NCBI GenBank assembly: GCA_964016885.1
Contig: OZ024748.1
Span: 2,294,001 to 2,358,000 of the forward strand
Length of the DNA: 64,000 bases
Direction: 5' to 3'
Origin: Eledone cirrhosa
Taxonomy: Eukaryota
Shown here: positions 1-14,267 of the stretch, piece by piece
Layout: each line of letters starts with the position of its first letter
Position numbering within the stretch: position 1 is the first letter of the stretch
The notes under the pieces: model-generated
What the model was told of the DNA's origin: nothing
The model's input: the letters and a program-made list of their open reading frames with translations, nothing else
Databases searched by the model: none
Translations under genes and position numbers: made by a program

Positions 1-128
1 CCCTTGCCATTCTGAGTTCAATTTCCGCTGAGGTTAACTTTGCCTTTCATCCTTACAGGGTCGATAAAATAAAGTACCAGTAATGCACTGGGTCATTGCT
101 GGCCTTGTGCCAAAAGTAGAAACTATTA
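1..128 (+). mobile_element. SINE family A copy (partial)
   Basis: GAGTTCAA...GAGGTTAACTTTGCCTTTCATCC...GGTCGATAAAATAAAGTACCAG core, repeated about 20 times in the window. Confidence 0.75.
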
Positions 129-155
129 TTTTTGTATTAGATATAATGTTATCTA

Positions 156-413
156 ATGTTCTTTCATGTGGTTAGAATGTCTCAGGAAAGAATTGCTGGA
201 CAGATTTTATGGACAAAACCAACCAGTAAAAGACCCGGGAGTAGACCCCGAGCAAGATGGTTGGATAACATCCATGAGTTTGGCTGTTCATGTTTGGGGA
301 TCCAGCTGGATCAGTTGGAGGTGGTTGTTTCTTCTGACAGGACCCGCTGGAAGAAGTGTTTCATGACTCTCCCCCACGACCCTCTCAGGAATAAGTGGAT
401 AAAGGAGATATAG
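156..413 (+). mobile_element. 3' fragment of an RTE-type LINE (RT C-terminal tail)
   Basis: RMSQERIAGQILWTKPTSKRPGSRPRARWLDNI...DRTRWK matches the R-x-x-G-R-P-x-x-x-W-x-D...DR-x-x-W tail of RTE-like LINE ORFs. Confidence 0.7.
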
Positions 414-3400
414 TGTTACCTAATGTCCTTTCAAAAATGGAGTAAAGTGATTTAAAGAAACATTATTTCAAAACTGGACATATTATTACCCACTATTTCT
501 TTGAAAGTAGTGAAAGAATTTAAAGAACTGTTATTTCAATAGCAGACATTATCTAATGTTCCTTTGAAAATAGAGTGAAGTGATTTGAAGAAAGATAAAT
601 GCAATATCAGACATATCCAGTATATAAAAATTTATTATCTCAAAACCAGAGTGTTCAAGTAAAAATAATACCTTGATGTCTTGTAGCGACATCTTTACGG
701 GTGGACAGGTACACTTGTTCACACTGTAAACCAATTTTTTTTCTAATTAAATGACTAAAATGTTATGTAAATAAAAAACAGAAAAGGAAGGGAAAAGCAA
801 GGGCTCTAGTGTTACAGAAAAATGGTGGGCAGGGAGAGAGGTGGATTTGGACCCTGGGCCTAGGGCACAGGGGTAATGAAGCTGCGCCCTGCGGACAGAA
901 CCGCAAAAGCATTCCCGTAAACAATAGCCAGTGACACTTGACGTTCACTTTTGGCTCTAGGAAATATTTCAGTCACACCCAGGTAACTGCTACTGCTAGC
1001 TGGCTAAACTTAGTGGAGTGTGGTCTGGACACTTGGAGTGGAGTGTGGATTGGACACTTGGAGTGGAGATAGGTACTGCCAGGCAATTCTAAAACTCAGC
1101 AAAATGTCATGATATATGAGACAGAGTGAAATGTTTAGAGCAGCACTCCCACTATTGGCTGCATCAGTTACAGGGATTTGATTGACTGATTGGTTAGTCT
1201 GATGATTGATGTGGTGATTCTTAAATTACTTAACCCTTTAGCATTTAAACTGGCTGTATCCAGCCAGAATTCTCTCATCTTTTTCTGTCCAAACCAGCTG
1301 TAACTAACCACTGATATTGATGTTAAGGTATTGTTCTCAAAATAAATAATATCAAAATCTCATAGATTTGATATTTGTGAGATAATTCATCATCATCATC
1401 ATCATTTAACGTCCATCTTCCACGCTAGCATGGGTTAGACAGTAAGTATGTGAGGTAAAGCCTTTACTGTGAAAATACAATAGTAAATATAGAGTAATGT
1501 AAAAGGACAGTCAAATAAACATTTATACTTCATAACAATTATGAAATAGTTTCCTTAACATTTCAGCAATCTGTTGCCTGGGCTAATGTTTTACACAGCG
1601 AGTGGGTGTTGTGATGATTGAAGATGGATAAATCACTAAATTAAATAAAATTCTGTTGATTATTTTTTTTTTTATAACCATAATCCTATTATAATCTTAT
1701 TGTATATATTCATCATCACCGGCCTCATAATCATCATCCTGTTAATTTATGACTATTGATAAATTGTAACAGCTTCTATTAGAAGATTTATATCTCCAGG
1801 AAATAAGTCTTTTACAATATGTCTGCTTTCCATCCTATTTTGTTTCCTCGTTATCTCTTTCTTGACTGAATCGCTAATGAAATACACTTTATTTCAATTT
1901 ATTAATGAAGAATTTTGAGGGATTTACTAAAATTACTAATTATTTAATTAGAAAAATATTACTTAATGTAATCTTCCTATATAAAATTATGTTGGAAGAT
2001 TCTATTTTAAATTGGAAACCTTTAAAATGGGTGGTTTTATTTCATAGAACCAGAGCTGGTTTTGGCTGGGCTGGTAACTAAAGGGTTAATAAGGTGTGGG
2101 GTGGAGACTAGTATTTGTCAGTTTGATAACTTCTGGCATATCTGATGCAGATCCTGGTCTTCAGTCCTAACTACGGATCAGAAGGTCCATACCTATAAGA
2201 AACTCTACAAAGATAAAAGTTGAAATAAGAATGGATCAGAGGTGAGATTTTAAACAGTAAATGTTTTCACTTTCCTAAATGACTAGAGCCAAAAAACATC
2301 TATTTTATTGAAAATAATTTATGTTAAATCTAAACTATAATAAAGGAAGGTCTGCGAGACTGCGTACGGTTTATTTTTTTGTTATCCCATTAGTAAAATA
2401 AGTTGGATTACTTTGAATAAATAATGAATGAAAATTACATAATTTATCTACTAAATTTCGTAAACAAAAATAATTTCGTAAAAATAAATAATTTAAAATT
2501 GACTTCTTTTCAAAGTTGCACTTCCGGTATATCGTTGCCACCACCATCACTTCAACTACCATATATATAGAAAGAGAGAGAGTGTGTGATGTCAACACTT
2601 CCGGTGGCGATGACTTAAATAAACATACTAATTTTCTGTCACTAATTTTCTCCTAATGCAGTTTATATATAATATCGTCTTTTTTAATGTATCATGGATT
2701 ACGTTACTGATTACATAAGACAATGTAACAACGTCTTCATTCAATTTTTGTTTATATTGTCAATTATGATTTTATTTGATGTATCATGTATATATACTTG
2801 CGTATAATATCAATATACACACTACACATGCTAGCAGAAAACCACCCGAAGGTTGGTTTTTCTGCTAGTGTTTGTAATAAAAAACATTACAGTAATTTTA
2901 AAAATCCAGCTGTTTCCCTAGCTTTGTATTATCATGGTTTCATTTTTTATTCACCTTGACCTGCAAAACATAAAAATATTTCCTATCTGGCTGGTCTTCA
3001 AAGGTTTTGCCAAGCCCTGACAAAGGACTGTGTGAGAAGACAAGGCAGTGTAAAACTTGTACAGCCCATGCCAGCATTAAAGATATCATCATCATCATCA
3101 TCATCATGAACATTTTACATTGATTCTCCTTGTTAGTATGAGTTGGATGAATCAGCACATTCTGAGTTGGTTCTTACTTGGACTTACTGTTCTCTTAGAT
3201 GTTTTATATCTGACATGGTTTCTATGACTGGAAGCTCTTCATAACACCAACCACATTACAGAGTGTATTGGGTGTATTTTATCATGGCATCAGCACTAGA
3301 CAGGTCATTATGTTCTTGGTAGGACTATAACATCCTCACAACCTAACATTGTCTTCAATCATTTGCCAGCCACTTTACAGAGTGTACTGGGTGTAGTTTA

Positions 3401-3735
3401 TCATAGCATCAGCACTAGAGAGGCTACTACACCCTTGACAGGACATAAGACGATGCTGATGATGATTATTAACTGTCTCTTGTGAATCTCTCTTCGTTTG
3501 TTTGTAAATATAATCCATTATCATTTACACATCTGACATTTTACTTTCTAAAACAATGTCAACTTATAATTTTCATTGCTTCTGTCCCATTAATCTACTG
3601 CTTGTTATTGATTCAACAGGAAAACAATAGCTTAGTAACTACCAGCCACATACAAATAAGTATGTGTGTATATATAGATGTAGATATATGTGTGTATATA
3701 TATTGATATATATATACATATATATATATACATAC

Positions 3736-3768
<33 letters not shown>

Positions 3769-4958
3769 AACACATGTGTGTATATATATATATATATATG
3801 TATGTGTAATTATATATTTATGTATGTATATATATATGCACATACATACATATATATTTACATACACATACACACACATATATATGTATATATATATACA
3901 CACATATACATATAATAGATTAGATGTTGAGTAACTTACTGTCCTGCCTATGTGTCTGTTTGTTCAGCCTTTGAAACCTCTAGGATCGATGCACTACAAA
4001 CATACAATGATAAAATTCTATCAAATGTTCAAACAAATTTGCTTAAGCAGTGAAGCAACTGAAAGCTATCAGACAACTTCAAGAACAACAATGACAACAA
4101 CAACAACAGCAACAACATTAACAATAATGAGGATAACAGTTGAGTAGATTGAATCAACTAGATTACATAATTTTGTTTAACAACTATATATATCATGCTA
4201 GCATGGAAGATGGATGTTAAATGATGATGATGATGATTCTTATCTGATGATAGAATCAATTAAATTGACTTCAGTATATGACTGATAATTTATTTTATGA
4301 GACCTAGAAGAATGAAAGGCAAAGGTGACCTCGGCAGGATTTCGACTCAGAATGTAATGAGATGTTACTAAAATACCTCATTGAAGGTATTTTATCTGGC
4401 ACTCTATCAAGTCTGCCAATCCAAGTGATATTATCCCTTACTCATTGCCCTGCCAAATCACCACATACACTTATAGCCATTTTCCTCCTCCTATTGACCC
4501 CCTCCCCAGAGCAAAGAGGGCTTTGCAGTTGGGTTGGGTCTATCTCTCTAGTGATGGTGCAATGAAAATGCACCCGATCCACTTCATAAGGGTGGTTGCC
4601 AACATGAAGGGCACCCAGCTGTAGAAACCCTGCCTAAAAGGGTTGAGAGGACCCTTGAGTTGTACAAATCATGTTGGGATGTTAAGAATTAATACTGCAT
4701 ATTTCCATGACAATCTGACCACTAATAAAGATACTATAAACATTTGAATCAACTAACAGGTTGTTTTTTCAGATATTTTCTACTAAATCATGTCAGGATG
4801 TTAAGAATTGGTACTGCATATTTTCATGACAATCTGTCCACTAGTAATTATACCATAAACATTTTAATCAACAAACATGTTCTTTTTAAAGATATTTTCT
4901 GTTAAATCATGTCAGGATGTTAAAAATTAATTATTAATTGTTATTTTTTTCATTACAG

Positions 4959-5135
4959 ATAGTGCCTATACTTTTGATGACAGCTCTAGTGAAAGTGAAG
5001 ATGAAATTATTAAAAGATATCAACACACCTTTCAAACTGAACAAAAAAAGCTGGAAAAAGAGATCTCTAGTAGTCAGAGTATAAAACGTACCAAGAGCAC
5101 GAAAAGCAATGACTTACCTTCACAAAATAGCACTG
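4959..5135 (+). CDS. SYT14: Synaptotagmin-14-like, internal coding exon (first visible; linker region)
   Basis: Acceptor tttttttcattacAG, donor G|GTAAAT; 177 nt, phase 1-1, open frame (D)SAYTFDDSSSESEDEIIKRYQ...QNST. SSSESEDE matches the linker motif I recall from vertebrate SYT14. Splices in frame to the next exon. Not in the ORF track. Confidence 0.85.
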
Positions 5136-6745
5136 GTAAATTTCTCTCTTTCATTTATTTTGATTTGTTGAACATTTTTCTTTTTGTGGGGACCAGTAGC
5201 TTCCAAATTTATTTTCTTACAGAACCCTTATAAAAGAAAAAAAAGTTTTATCTAAGAACATTTTGTCATCTTAATGACATTATAATTTTAATAAATCCCT
5301 CTCTAAATTCTTCATTAATTAATGGTGGTACTCTTCCATGTGACAACAGCATAGGTTGTAGAATGAGGTTATGAGAAAACAGTTATGATAGACAACATAA
5401 TAGAAGAAACTTATAAGAAAAGTCCCAATAGAGGGACAGCAACCTGTGACTAATCAGGGAGTCCCATAAACCCTGGATTACCCTTACTGTCAATAGAAAT
5501 GGCTGTCTTTTAGCTGTGTTAGCAGTCATGTAAAGGTATGTGACTTAGGAGTTAAAATGTCAAATTCACAATTAGGAGGTAGATTCTTGCCAGGAGTTGA
5601 AGCCATTAGATAGTATTAGCAATTAGAAAGACCAATGGAAACATTGTTTCCTTGGTCCGATCTGATGAATTCCACCCTAGTCAGTAAGCGAATGAGGTCT
5701 GGGTTCTTGTCGATTCGGATCATCAGTCTTACAGGCCATACTCATCATTCTCACCCACCTTTCAGAAAATTTACTGGGGGTTGGGGGGAGGGGTAGCAAT
5801 CAGTTCTGTCTTGAAAAGCAATGTGAAATGAAGCGTCTTGCTCAAGAAAACAATGTGATACCCAATCCAGAAATTGAAGCCCTGACCTTATAATTGGGAA
5901 TCCAACTCCCTAACTACTGGGTCATGTACTTATTTCAACAATGCATAAAGAAGAACAGTTTATGGTCCTTAGCTGTAGAGTCCTGTTAATTTCATTGCTA
6001 TCATCATGGGAGCTATATTAATACCAATCTAATATATCTAGACAGATAATGCTTGCCATTACCATTTTACACACTATCAGCAATCAGAAATATTCTCTAT
6101 CATTCATTCAGATCACAAAATCTGTCTTTGTTTTATCATCATTACTTTATTTCAGAATAAAATAAGTCAGTTTATTGATTTTTATAGAAATAAATAAAAA
6201 TAGATAAGTACATAAAAATAAAAAAATGGATACGGCTTAAACCAGAGATCAACAACTCCATTCTGTAATAATGGTCTACTTTTTTTGGTGACCTACTTTT
6301 GTAACAAACCATGTTAACCCTTTCATTACTATATTTCTAATATGGAATATTTTCAAATCATTTTAAAAATGATCAGGTTTTTGAAGAGATTTTGTGATAT
6401 AGTAATTCAGGTACAAGACCAGGAAATTTGGGGGAAGGGCAAAGTTGGTTAAATCAACCCCATTACTTGACTGATACTTTATTTTATTGACTTCCTAGAA
6501 GGATGAAAGGGTAATGTGGCCGTGGCAGGATTTTAATACAGAATGTAAAGAGTCAGAACAAAGACTGCAATGGCATTTTATTTGATGCTCTACCAATTCT
6601 GCCAATCCACCACTCTATGGAGATTTAGTAATATAACTAAATCATTACATGATGATGATGATTATATATATATATATATGTACACACATACAACCCTTAA
6701 CAAGTCCTCTCTGAATTTTGGTCTTTGTATTTATTATTTCTACTA

Positions 6746-6802
<57 letters not shown>

Positions 6803-6920
6803 TAATAAAAACAATGAATAAAAACAAAGAAACAGTTCCTTATATTAAAAAAGTCATCATTTTACGATCGTTTCTAGGATATATATGTGTGTGTTGGTAT
6901 GTATATCATATATATATATA

Positions 6921-7417
6921 GAAGTGGTTACACAACAGTTAGTTCACCATACCGAGAACAATTGTTTCACCTTAGTGGATCCTCAGCTCGGAATGGGCAT
7001 GGTTATAGGAACAGGAAGGACAACCATACGAACGCGCAGAAACCCGGTCACTTCACACAGGCAATACTAGACTGCGTGCGAGAGGTGTAAGGGAGATAAC
7101 TATGAAAGACCGAAAAGTTTTTAGGCATAAAATTACAAAGAATCAGTCCGGAGCCTTGTAGTTATGCAATAGGTGTTTGGCGACGTGTGGACAACATGTG
7201 AAAAATTCATTTCTCGTGTTTAGGCAATCACTATTGAGTAATCTCTTTAGAATAGTTATTCGTTCGTCAATACATAAGCCACACATCGGATTTCCCCTTG
7301 CGTATGGCTTGGACTTAATGATGGCCTTCCATTGAATGGAGTAGTCTATACTTGAGTCCTTGAGTGACCATACGTGGCTCGCGAGTTTCGTGGATGAACG
7401 TCTGTCTGGGTACCTGA
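6921..7417 (-). mobile_element. Penelope-like element 3' end: C-terminal ORF fragment plus pLTR with hammerhead
   Basis: Minus strand 7417-7143 reads RYPDRRSSTKLASHVWSLKDSSIDYSIQWKAIIKSKPYARGNPMCGLCIDERITILKRLLNSDCLNTRNEFFTCCPHVAKHLLHNYKAPD*. The T-x-L-x-x-H-x-W-x-L-K / C-x-L-C-x-x-E / LN-x-R-x-E / C-x-H pattern is that of PLE GIY-YIG C-termini. Flanked by (TA)n and (GA)n. Confidence 0.85.
6952..6991 (-). ncRNA. Minimal type I hammerhead ribozyme motif
   Basis: CCGAG-CUGAGGA-UCC ACUAA GGU-GAAA-CAAUUG-UU-CUCGG: perfect 5-bp stem I, both core boxes, palindromic stem III; stem II is weak. Confidence 0.65.
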
Positions 7418-7588
7418 GAGAGAGAGAGATGGTAGAAATAATAATATATATGACTATCTATTCATCTGTCTTTTTATGTATCTAACTCTCTATTTATTTA
7501 TCTATCTAGCTAACTATCTATCTATATCTATCTATCTGATTGTTTATCTATATTCACATATCTATATATCTATCTGTCTGTCTTATAG

Positions 7589-7941
7589 TAAAGTCTGCTG
7601 ATTTAGCGCCAAGAAAGGCATCTTCTGATGGAAACATATCCAGTAGGTATCAAGACATCAAGGAAACTAAAAAACCTGAAAGAAACAAAACTATCAGCGC
7701 AGCAGTTCCAAAGAAAAGCGAGGAGATTGTTCCTTCTCCAAGTACCAATACACATTTATCAGAACCTCTGGTGAGCAAAGAGGCAGACATCTCTACCTCA
7801 AGCACGTCAAAACTAACCCCTACACACAATGATAAACAAAGTGATGCTGAAGGGATAAGTAACCAAGCATTTCAAGATGAAGTGTCCTTGTCTATGTCAG
7901 TCAACAGTGATGTGTTGGATAGCCCAGACCACAATTCAGAT
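7589..7941 (+). CDS. SYT14: Synaptotagmin-14-like, Ser/Thr-rich linker exon
   Basis: tcttatAG acceptor, GAT|GTAAGT donor; lies inside ORF 7540..8013 (VKSADLAPRK...HNSD); phase 1-0, compatible with both neighbours. Confidence 0.8.
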
Positions 7942-7971
7942 GTAAGTGTCTCTTATATACATTTAATAAAA

Positions 7972-8300
7972 GTGCATGGCTTAGTGGGTAGTGAGTTCGA
8001 TTCACAATCGTGAGGTTATGAGTTCAATTCTCAGACCAGGAAATACATTGCCTCCTTGTGCAAGACACTTTAATTCACATTGCTCCAGTTCACTCAGCTG
8101 TAGAAATGAATTACAATGTCACTGGTGCCTAGCTGTAACAACCATTTTCCTTTCCTTTAGACAACATTAGTGGTGTCGAGAAGGGAGACTGGTATGCATG
8201 GGTGACTGCTGGTCTTCCACAAAAAAAAACCCTTACTCAGGCTTGTGCCTCGGAGAGGAACTCTATAGATGCAAATCTAATGGTGATTCATGACCAAAGG
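7972..8300 (+). mobile_element. SINE family B (tRNA-like head, CORE-like body)
   Basis: TGGCTTAGTGG A-box, GAGTTCAATTC B-box, TTGTGCAAGACACTT body; related copies at ~5690-5930(-), ~26473-26770(+), ~30050-30215(-). Confidence 0.65.
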
Positions 8301-8371
8301 AGAAGAGAAAGATATATATATCTTTTGTCAAATTTTAATTTAATTAATGTTTTGATTTTGTAGGTTATGAG

Positions 8372-8552
8372 CTGTGCCAGATTTATCATTGTGCTTAGAT
8401 GTGCTTAAGCACAAGGCCCCGTTGGCCAGGAGGGGTGGGGGAGCATCTTCCTGCAAACAATTTTTTTACTGAGCCTACCTCCTTCAGGGCCCAAGTAAAG
8501 GGGCCTCATAACTTAACTAGCACAGGGCCTCATTTGTCCTAAACCTGGCACT
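8372..8552. mobile_element. hAT-like MITE
   Basis: Termini CTGTGCCAGATTTA...TAAACCTGGCACTG; second copy at ~33275-33438. Confidence 0.6.
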
Positions 8553-9629
8553 GGTTATGTGTTGTTTCAAGTTATTTTAATGATTTTTTTTTAGTCAAAT
8601 TTAATCATTTAAATAGTATTAAATTTATTTTAAATGAATCAGACTTTTAAAAAACTTTTCTTCAATAATGTGATATTTTAAAATTTTTTCTAAAATAATT
8701 TAGTCTTTTTTTTATACTTGAAAAGGAAAAAAAAAATTGAAAAAATTTTAATGTAATGAATATTCCATCACACCTCTCATCTTTCCTCAACACATGACCC
8801 AGCCATCTCATTCCATTTTCCTTCATAACATTCATTGTTGGTTCTATTCCCATCATTTTCTGCCATTCATTGTTTGTCGTTCTCTCTCTCTTAAGTTACC
8901 ATCTTTTACATTCTAAGTTCAAATCATTCCAGAATCTGCATCACTTTTGTTTTATCCTTCCAGACTCACTAAAATTAAGAACCAACCAAAGTTTTCTGAG
9001 TTGTGGGGGAGATCAATATAATCTAATCAACATCCACCCTGCTGGATGAAAATATCAATATTATTTCTATTATGAATTAGAGTAGGTCTTAGTATTACCC
9101 CTACCTTCCACCGCTACCACCTCTCTCATTCACCTTCCACCGCCACCACCTCACTCATTCACCTTCCACCGCCACCACCTCACTCACCTTCCACCGCCAC
9201 CACCTCACTCATTCACCTGCCACCGCCACCACCTCACTCATTCACCTGCCACCCATTTCTTTTTTTTTATAGTTGTTTTCTCTTATTGCGTTATTTCTAT
9301 TTAGGTTAATATTTTCAATCATGTTTTTTTGTTGACTCTATATATTGTTAAACAGGATTGTCCAGTATTTCATGGCTGAAGTTAATTATATATATAGACA
9401 GAGAGATTTATATAATAACTGTAATTTGTACAATATACAATACATATAAACAAAACATAACATTAATCGATATTTGTTCTAGCTTACTGCGTTCAGCTTT
9501 CAAATCCTACCGAGGTCAACTTTGCCTTTCATCCTTTCAGGCTCAATAAAAAAGGAAGAGGCTATTTTGCCAGTCTTGTAAAATAGACTCCCCCAGTCTA
9601 TATTGCCAGTAAATATTTTTATTATTATT

Positions 9630-10026
9630 GAAGGCAGTATCGGTAAGGGTTGGACAACATGCTTTGCAGCATAGAGTTCAAATCCCGCCGAGGTTAACTT
9701 TGCCTTTCATCCTTACAGGGTCGATAAAATAAAGTACCAGTAATGTACTGGGATAATTGCTGGCCTTGTGCCAAAAGTAGAAACAATTATTATGAAGACA
9801 GGTAGGGTGGTGGATTGGCAGTGTCGTTAGAGCATCAGACACCATGCATTGCAGCATAGAGTTATGGCCCTTTACGTTCTAAATTCAAATCCCACCGAGG
9901 TTAGCTTTGCCTTTCATCCTTACAGGGTTAATAGAATAAAGTACCAGTCACGCGCTGGGGTCAATTTAATTGACTTTCCCCTCCCCAAAAATTGTAGACT
10001 ATGTGCCTAAAATCAGAAACCATTAT
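9630..10026 (+). mobile_element. Two tandem SINE family A copies
   Basis: GGCAG head, GAGTTCAAATCC B-box-like motif and shared core. Other copies at ~12190, 14760(-), 24440, 28860, 30850-31400 (x3), 33570(-), 42240, 47950(-), 54200(-), 60010(-). Confidence 0.75.
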
Positions 10027-10605
10027 CTAAAAATGAGTTGACCAGTTCATTTGTTTATAGTATCTTTACTACAGGACAGATGGTTGTGAAACTTTGCACC
10101 AAGCTTAATTAAAGACTAATTTTTAATGTGATTCAGACATATTGCTGATTTTCACTTTTCAGGAATGTTTTGCTAATGTGGTTTCATGTGGTACAGGACA
10201 TTGAGTTAGCTAACAATAGTCAGAACACTGATAGTTATTTCAGAAAGAAAAACAAAACAAAAACAAAACAACTTAATTGTATTATGATTTTGAAATAAGA
10301 AAAATAATTAATTTTTATAATTAATAAATTATTCATTGATTTTATTTCAAATTTAATGTAAATGACTTAAAAGACAACAACAAAGTAATTTCTTTTACTC
10401 TCTTATTAGTTTCATTTAACCCTTTCATCATCGTCGACATCATCATCATCATCATTGTCGTCATTGTATGGTTTAACGTCTTCTTTACTTGTCACAAGCA
10501 TTGGACATTTGGTAGCCTTTCTCAAAGCATCTCTCCAAAGTATTCTTTTCAGGTTTAGGTTTTGGTCCAGGTTCCAGGCTTTTAGATCTCCCCTTGTTAC
10601 TCCTC

Positions 10606-10960
10606 TTTCATTACCATATTTCTAATGAAAGACACTGCCTATGGCTTTAACCCTTTCATTACCATATTTCTAATGAAAGACACTCCCTATTACCATATTT
10701 CTAATGAAAGACATTGTCTATGTCATTAAACCTTTCATTACCATATTTCTAATGAATGACACTGCCTATGGCTTTAACCTTTTCATTACCATATTTCTAA
10801 TGAATGACACTGCCTATGGCTTTAACCCTTTCATTACCATATTTCTAATGAATGACACTGCCTATGGCTTTAACCCTTTCATTACCATATTTCTAATGAA
10901 TGACACTGTCTATGGCTTTAACCCTTTCATTACCATATTTCTAATGAATGACATTGCCTG
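10606..10960. repeat. 48-bp minisatellite, ~7 units
   Basis: Unit TTTCATTACCATATTTCTAATGAATGACACTGCCTATGGCTTTAACCC; explains ORF 10704..11057. Confidence 0.9.
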
Positions 10961-11159
10961 TGATTTTCAGATGATTTTGAAAGTAATCAAGAATTTGGCA
11001 TGCTTTAATAATGTCATCAATTTTTTCATTATTAAGTTGATATATAAACAAATATAAACACTTTAAAACAGTTTAAAACACTTTAAAACAAACAGTTTTG
11101 TATCAGAAAATCAACAGTTGTTTGGTGACAAAATAGTTAATGTTGCTTCATTTTCTAGA

Positions 11160-11425
11160 ATACACCCAGTACATCCTGTAAACTGGGAGTGCTGTTGCTA
11201 TGATAAGATGCACACAGTACACCCCTGTAAACTGGAAGGACTATTGCTATGATAAGATGCACCCAGTACACTCTGTAAACTGGAAGGACTATTGCTATGA
11301 TAAGATGCACCCAGTACACTCTGTAAACTGGAAGGACTATTGCTATGATAAGATGCACCCAGTATACCCTGTAAACTGGGAGTGTTGTTGCCAAGATATA
11401 ATGCATCCAGTACATGCTGTAAAGG
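11160..11425. repeat. 48-bp minisatellite, ~5.5 units
   Basis: Unit GATAAGATGCACCCAGTACACTCTGTAAACTGGAAGGACTATTGCTAT; related to the reverse-oriented repeat at ~3250-3420. Confidence 0.9.
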
Positions 11426-13265
11426 GGTTAGCATTAGAAATGGCATTCAGCCATAGAAACCTCGCTAAAATAGAATGTATGAGCACGACCATCTGACTTG
11501 TCTATTCTCAGAATATGACAACCTGTCTAACCCATACAAGCATGGAAAAGGTATGTAAAACAGTGATGACAATAGGACATTGAGTCTCTCCATGATGTAT
11601 TTTGATAAAAGCAGCTGGTATTTATGATTGTAGCTATAAAATATGATATAAGAGCATTCAGTTTCTCTATATGAGAAAATGTTATGAGAAAAACCATTTT
11701 CTATGATGTTTATGTAATACATATGATATAGAAATATCTAGTCCCTCTATGATAATCTCTTATAATAGCAACAGGTCTCTGATGTACATTTAATAAAATA
11801 TCTAATATAAGGGTATTCCATTTAGCTACAGTTGTATGTACATTTATAAGAACTTATACTTTTTTTATGTATATTTATAATAGAAACTACTTTATAATGT
11901 ACATTTAATAACATATCGAATTTAAGAGTGTCCAGCTTTTCTATGATGTATCTTTATAAAACAGTCATTCTCTATGATGTAACTTTATGATGCATTTAAT
12001 GATATATCTACATTGACTGGTTTGTTGTCTTAAATAAGTAGCTTAGAAAAGAAGAGGGAGAATTAAAAACAAGTGCTTCTGTTTAGTCTATAAAATGTGA
12101 AGTTCATGACTGAAATAAACCCAAACCTAGTTGACTAACCCCACTCAGTGCTGTTGTGGCTCTCCTTAAGGAACAGAAAGTGGGCAATTGGTAGAGGCAT
12201 TAGAACATAGGATAGAATGCTTTGAGGTATTTATTTTGGCTCTTTATTCTCTGAGTTCAAATCCTGCTGAGGTTAACTTTACCTTTCACCCATTCAAAGT
12301 CGATAAAAAAGTACCAGTCAAGTACTGGGGTCAATTCTTCCTCTATATCTCTTCCTCACTTCCTTTCTCTCACACTCTCTATATCTCTTTCTCACTTCCT
12401 CTCTCTCACACTCTATCTCTTTCTCACTCTCTATATCTCTCTCACTCTCTCTCTCTCTCACTCTCTCTCTCACTCTCTATATCTCTCTCACTCTCTCTCT
12501 CACTCTCTATATCTCTCTCACTCACTCTCACTCTCTCTCTCCTTCTCTGGAAGAAATCTGTTATATTCAGTCCTGGAGAGGAGATGGGCTCTATCAGGTT
12601 TTAAAAAATGCCCTAGAAATATGTTGTGTGTCAATACAGCGTCCCTACAACTCCTTCAACAGTTACAGGACCATGCATGCAAGGAACAGAAGGAAGAAAT
12701 TGTGTAGCTCTCCCCTGCTTACATTGTGACATAGCTGATCCTTTAAATTACATATGTCCTATGTTGGGGGGAGGGGGGGTGATACATCATGGCAGATGAT
12801 AACCATCTCAATGACCCCTTAATCATTCCTGCAAGTCTTCTCTCTCCCATGTACAAGGAGGTGAAACCTCAATATATATATATAGCAAAAAGATTTTCCT
12901 ATTACCCACTCTACTACCCTAAGTATTAGTACTCTGGTGTGTTATGGTCCATCTGGTTCCTTACCACACTTCCTTCGTTATATATATATATATATATATA
13001 TATCATCTTCTACGCTAGTATGGGTTAGACGAGTTGTCCTGTTGTGGGCAGTGTCTGGTCGGCTGACCTTGTCTTGCTCATACAGGAACTGATTTCTACA
13101 GCTGGATGCCCTTCCTAACACCAACCTCATTTACAGTGAGTGCTGGCTGCTTTTTTTCTGCAGCATTTGCACATTCACTTTACAGTGGGGGGGGGCGTGT
13201 GTGTGTATGTATATATATATCATCATCATCATCATTTAACATCCATCTTAAACGATGTACATATA

Positions 13266-13327
<62 letters not shown>

Positions 13328-13689
13328 GTGTGTGTGTAAACAAACATCCTGAACTTAAATGCAATGCCATAATAGTTTGTTTTGCCTCACACATCATTAA
13401 AACCTATTAATACTAGCACCACTGCCACTACTGTTACAACTCACAAATACCTACAGACATTAGTTACAACACAACTATATCCATTATAACAATATATGTT
13501 TTATTCTAAAACTGTTGGATTTGGGTTTTGTTTGTTTTTCATTGTTTTTTTTCTTTTGTCTCATCTGAGTAACAAAGAATCAATACTGATCAGAAGTAGC
13601 CGCAACATAAATTTCCTCTGTTTTTGTCTGAAACCCCTGTATTAAATTAAAAGTTTGCTCTAGGAATTCCTGAGAAGTAACAGCTGTAC

Positions 13690-14044
13690 TATACTGTATT
13701 TATTGTAGTGTAGTGTAGTGTACTGTAGTGTATTGTAGTGTTGTGTAGTGTACTGTACTGTATAGTAGTGTATTGTACTGTATAGTAGTGTACTGTATAG
13801 TAGTGTATTGTACTGTATAGTAGTGTATTGTAGTGTATGGAGATAAAGTCACCTTCAGATTGTCCAAAAATAATAATTGTTTCTACTTTTGGCACAAGGC
13901 CAGCAATTATCCCAGTACATGATGATGATGATGACATTAATGATCATGATAATACTGATGACAATGATGATGATGACATTAATGATCATGATAATACTGA
14001 TGACAATGATGATGATCATAATGATGATAATGATGATCATTATC

Positions 14045-14076
<32 letters not shown>

Positions 14077-14110
14077 AATGATGATGATGATGATGACAAC
14101 AATGAGGATC
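13690..14110. repeat. (GTAGT)n-like and (GAT)n microsatellites
   Basis: Direct inspection; source of the poly-D/M/I ORFs. Confidence 0.9.
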
Positions 14111-14267
14111 AATCGAATGAATGAAAAAGAAATGGAAATAAAATATGATTATTGATTATCAATTAAATTTAAAATCAATATTTTGAATATATATTTAATC
14201 TTGTTAAGACAGATTCTATGAGTTATAGGCACTGATAGCAAATAAGAATATGAGCAGATTCAGCAAT

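Noticed and set aside
10163-10190. Possible cassette exon after ttcacttttcAG
   Set aside because: Weak donor (GTACAG), and a 28-nt length would frameshift SYT14.
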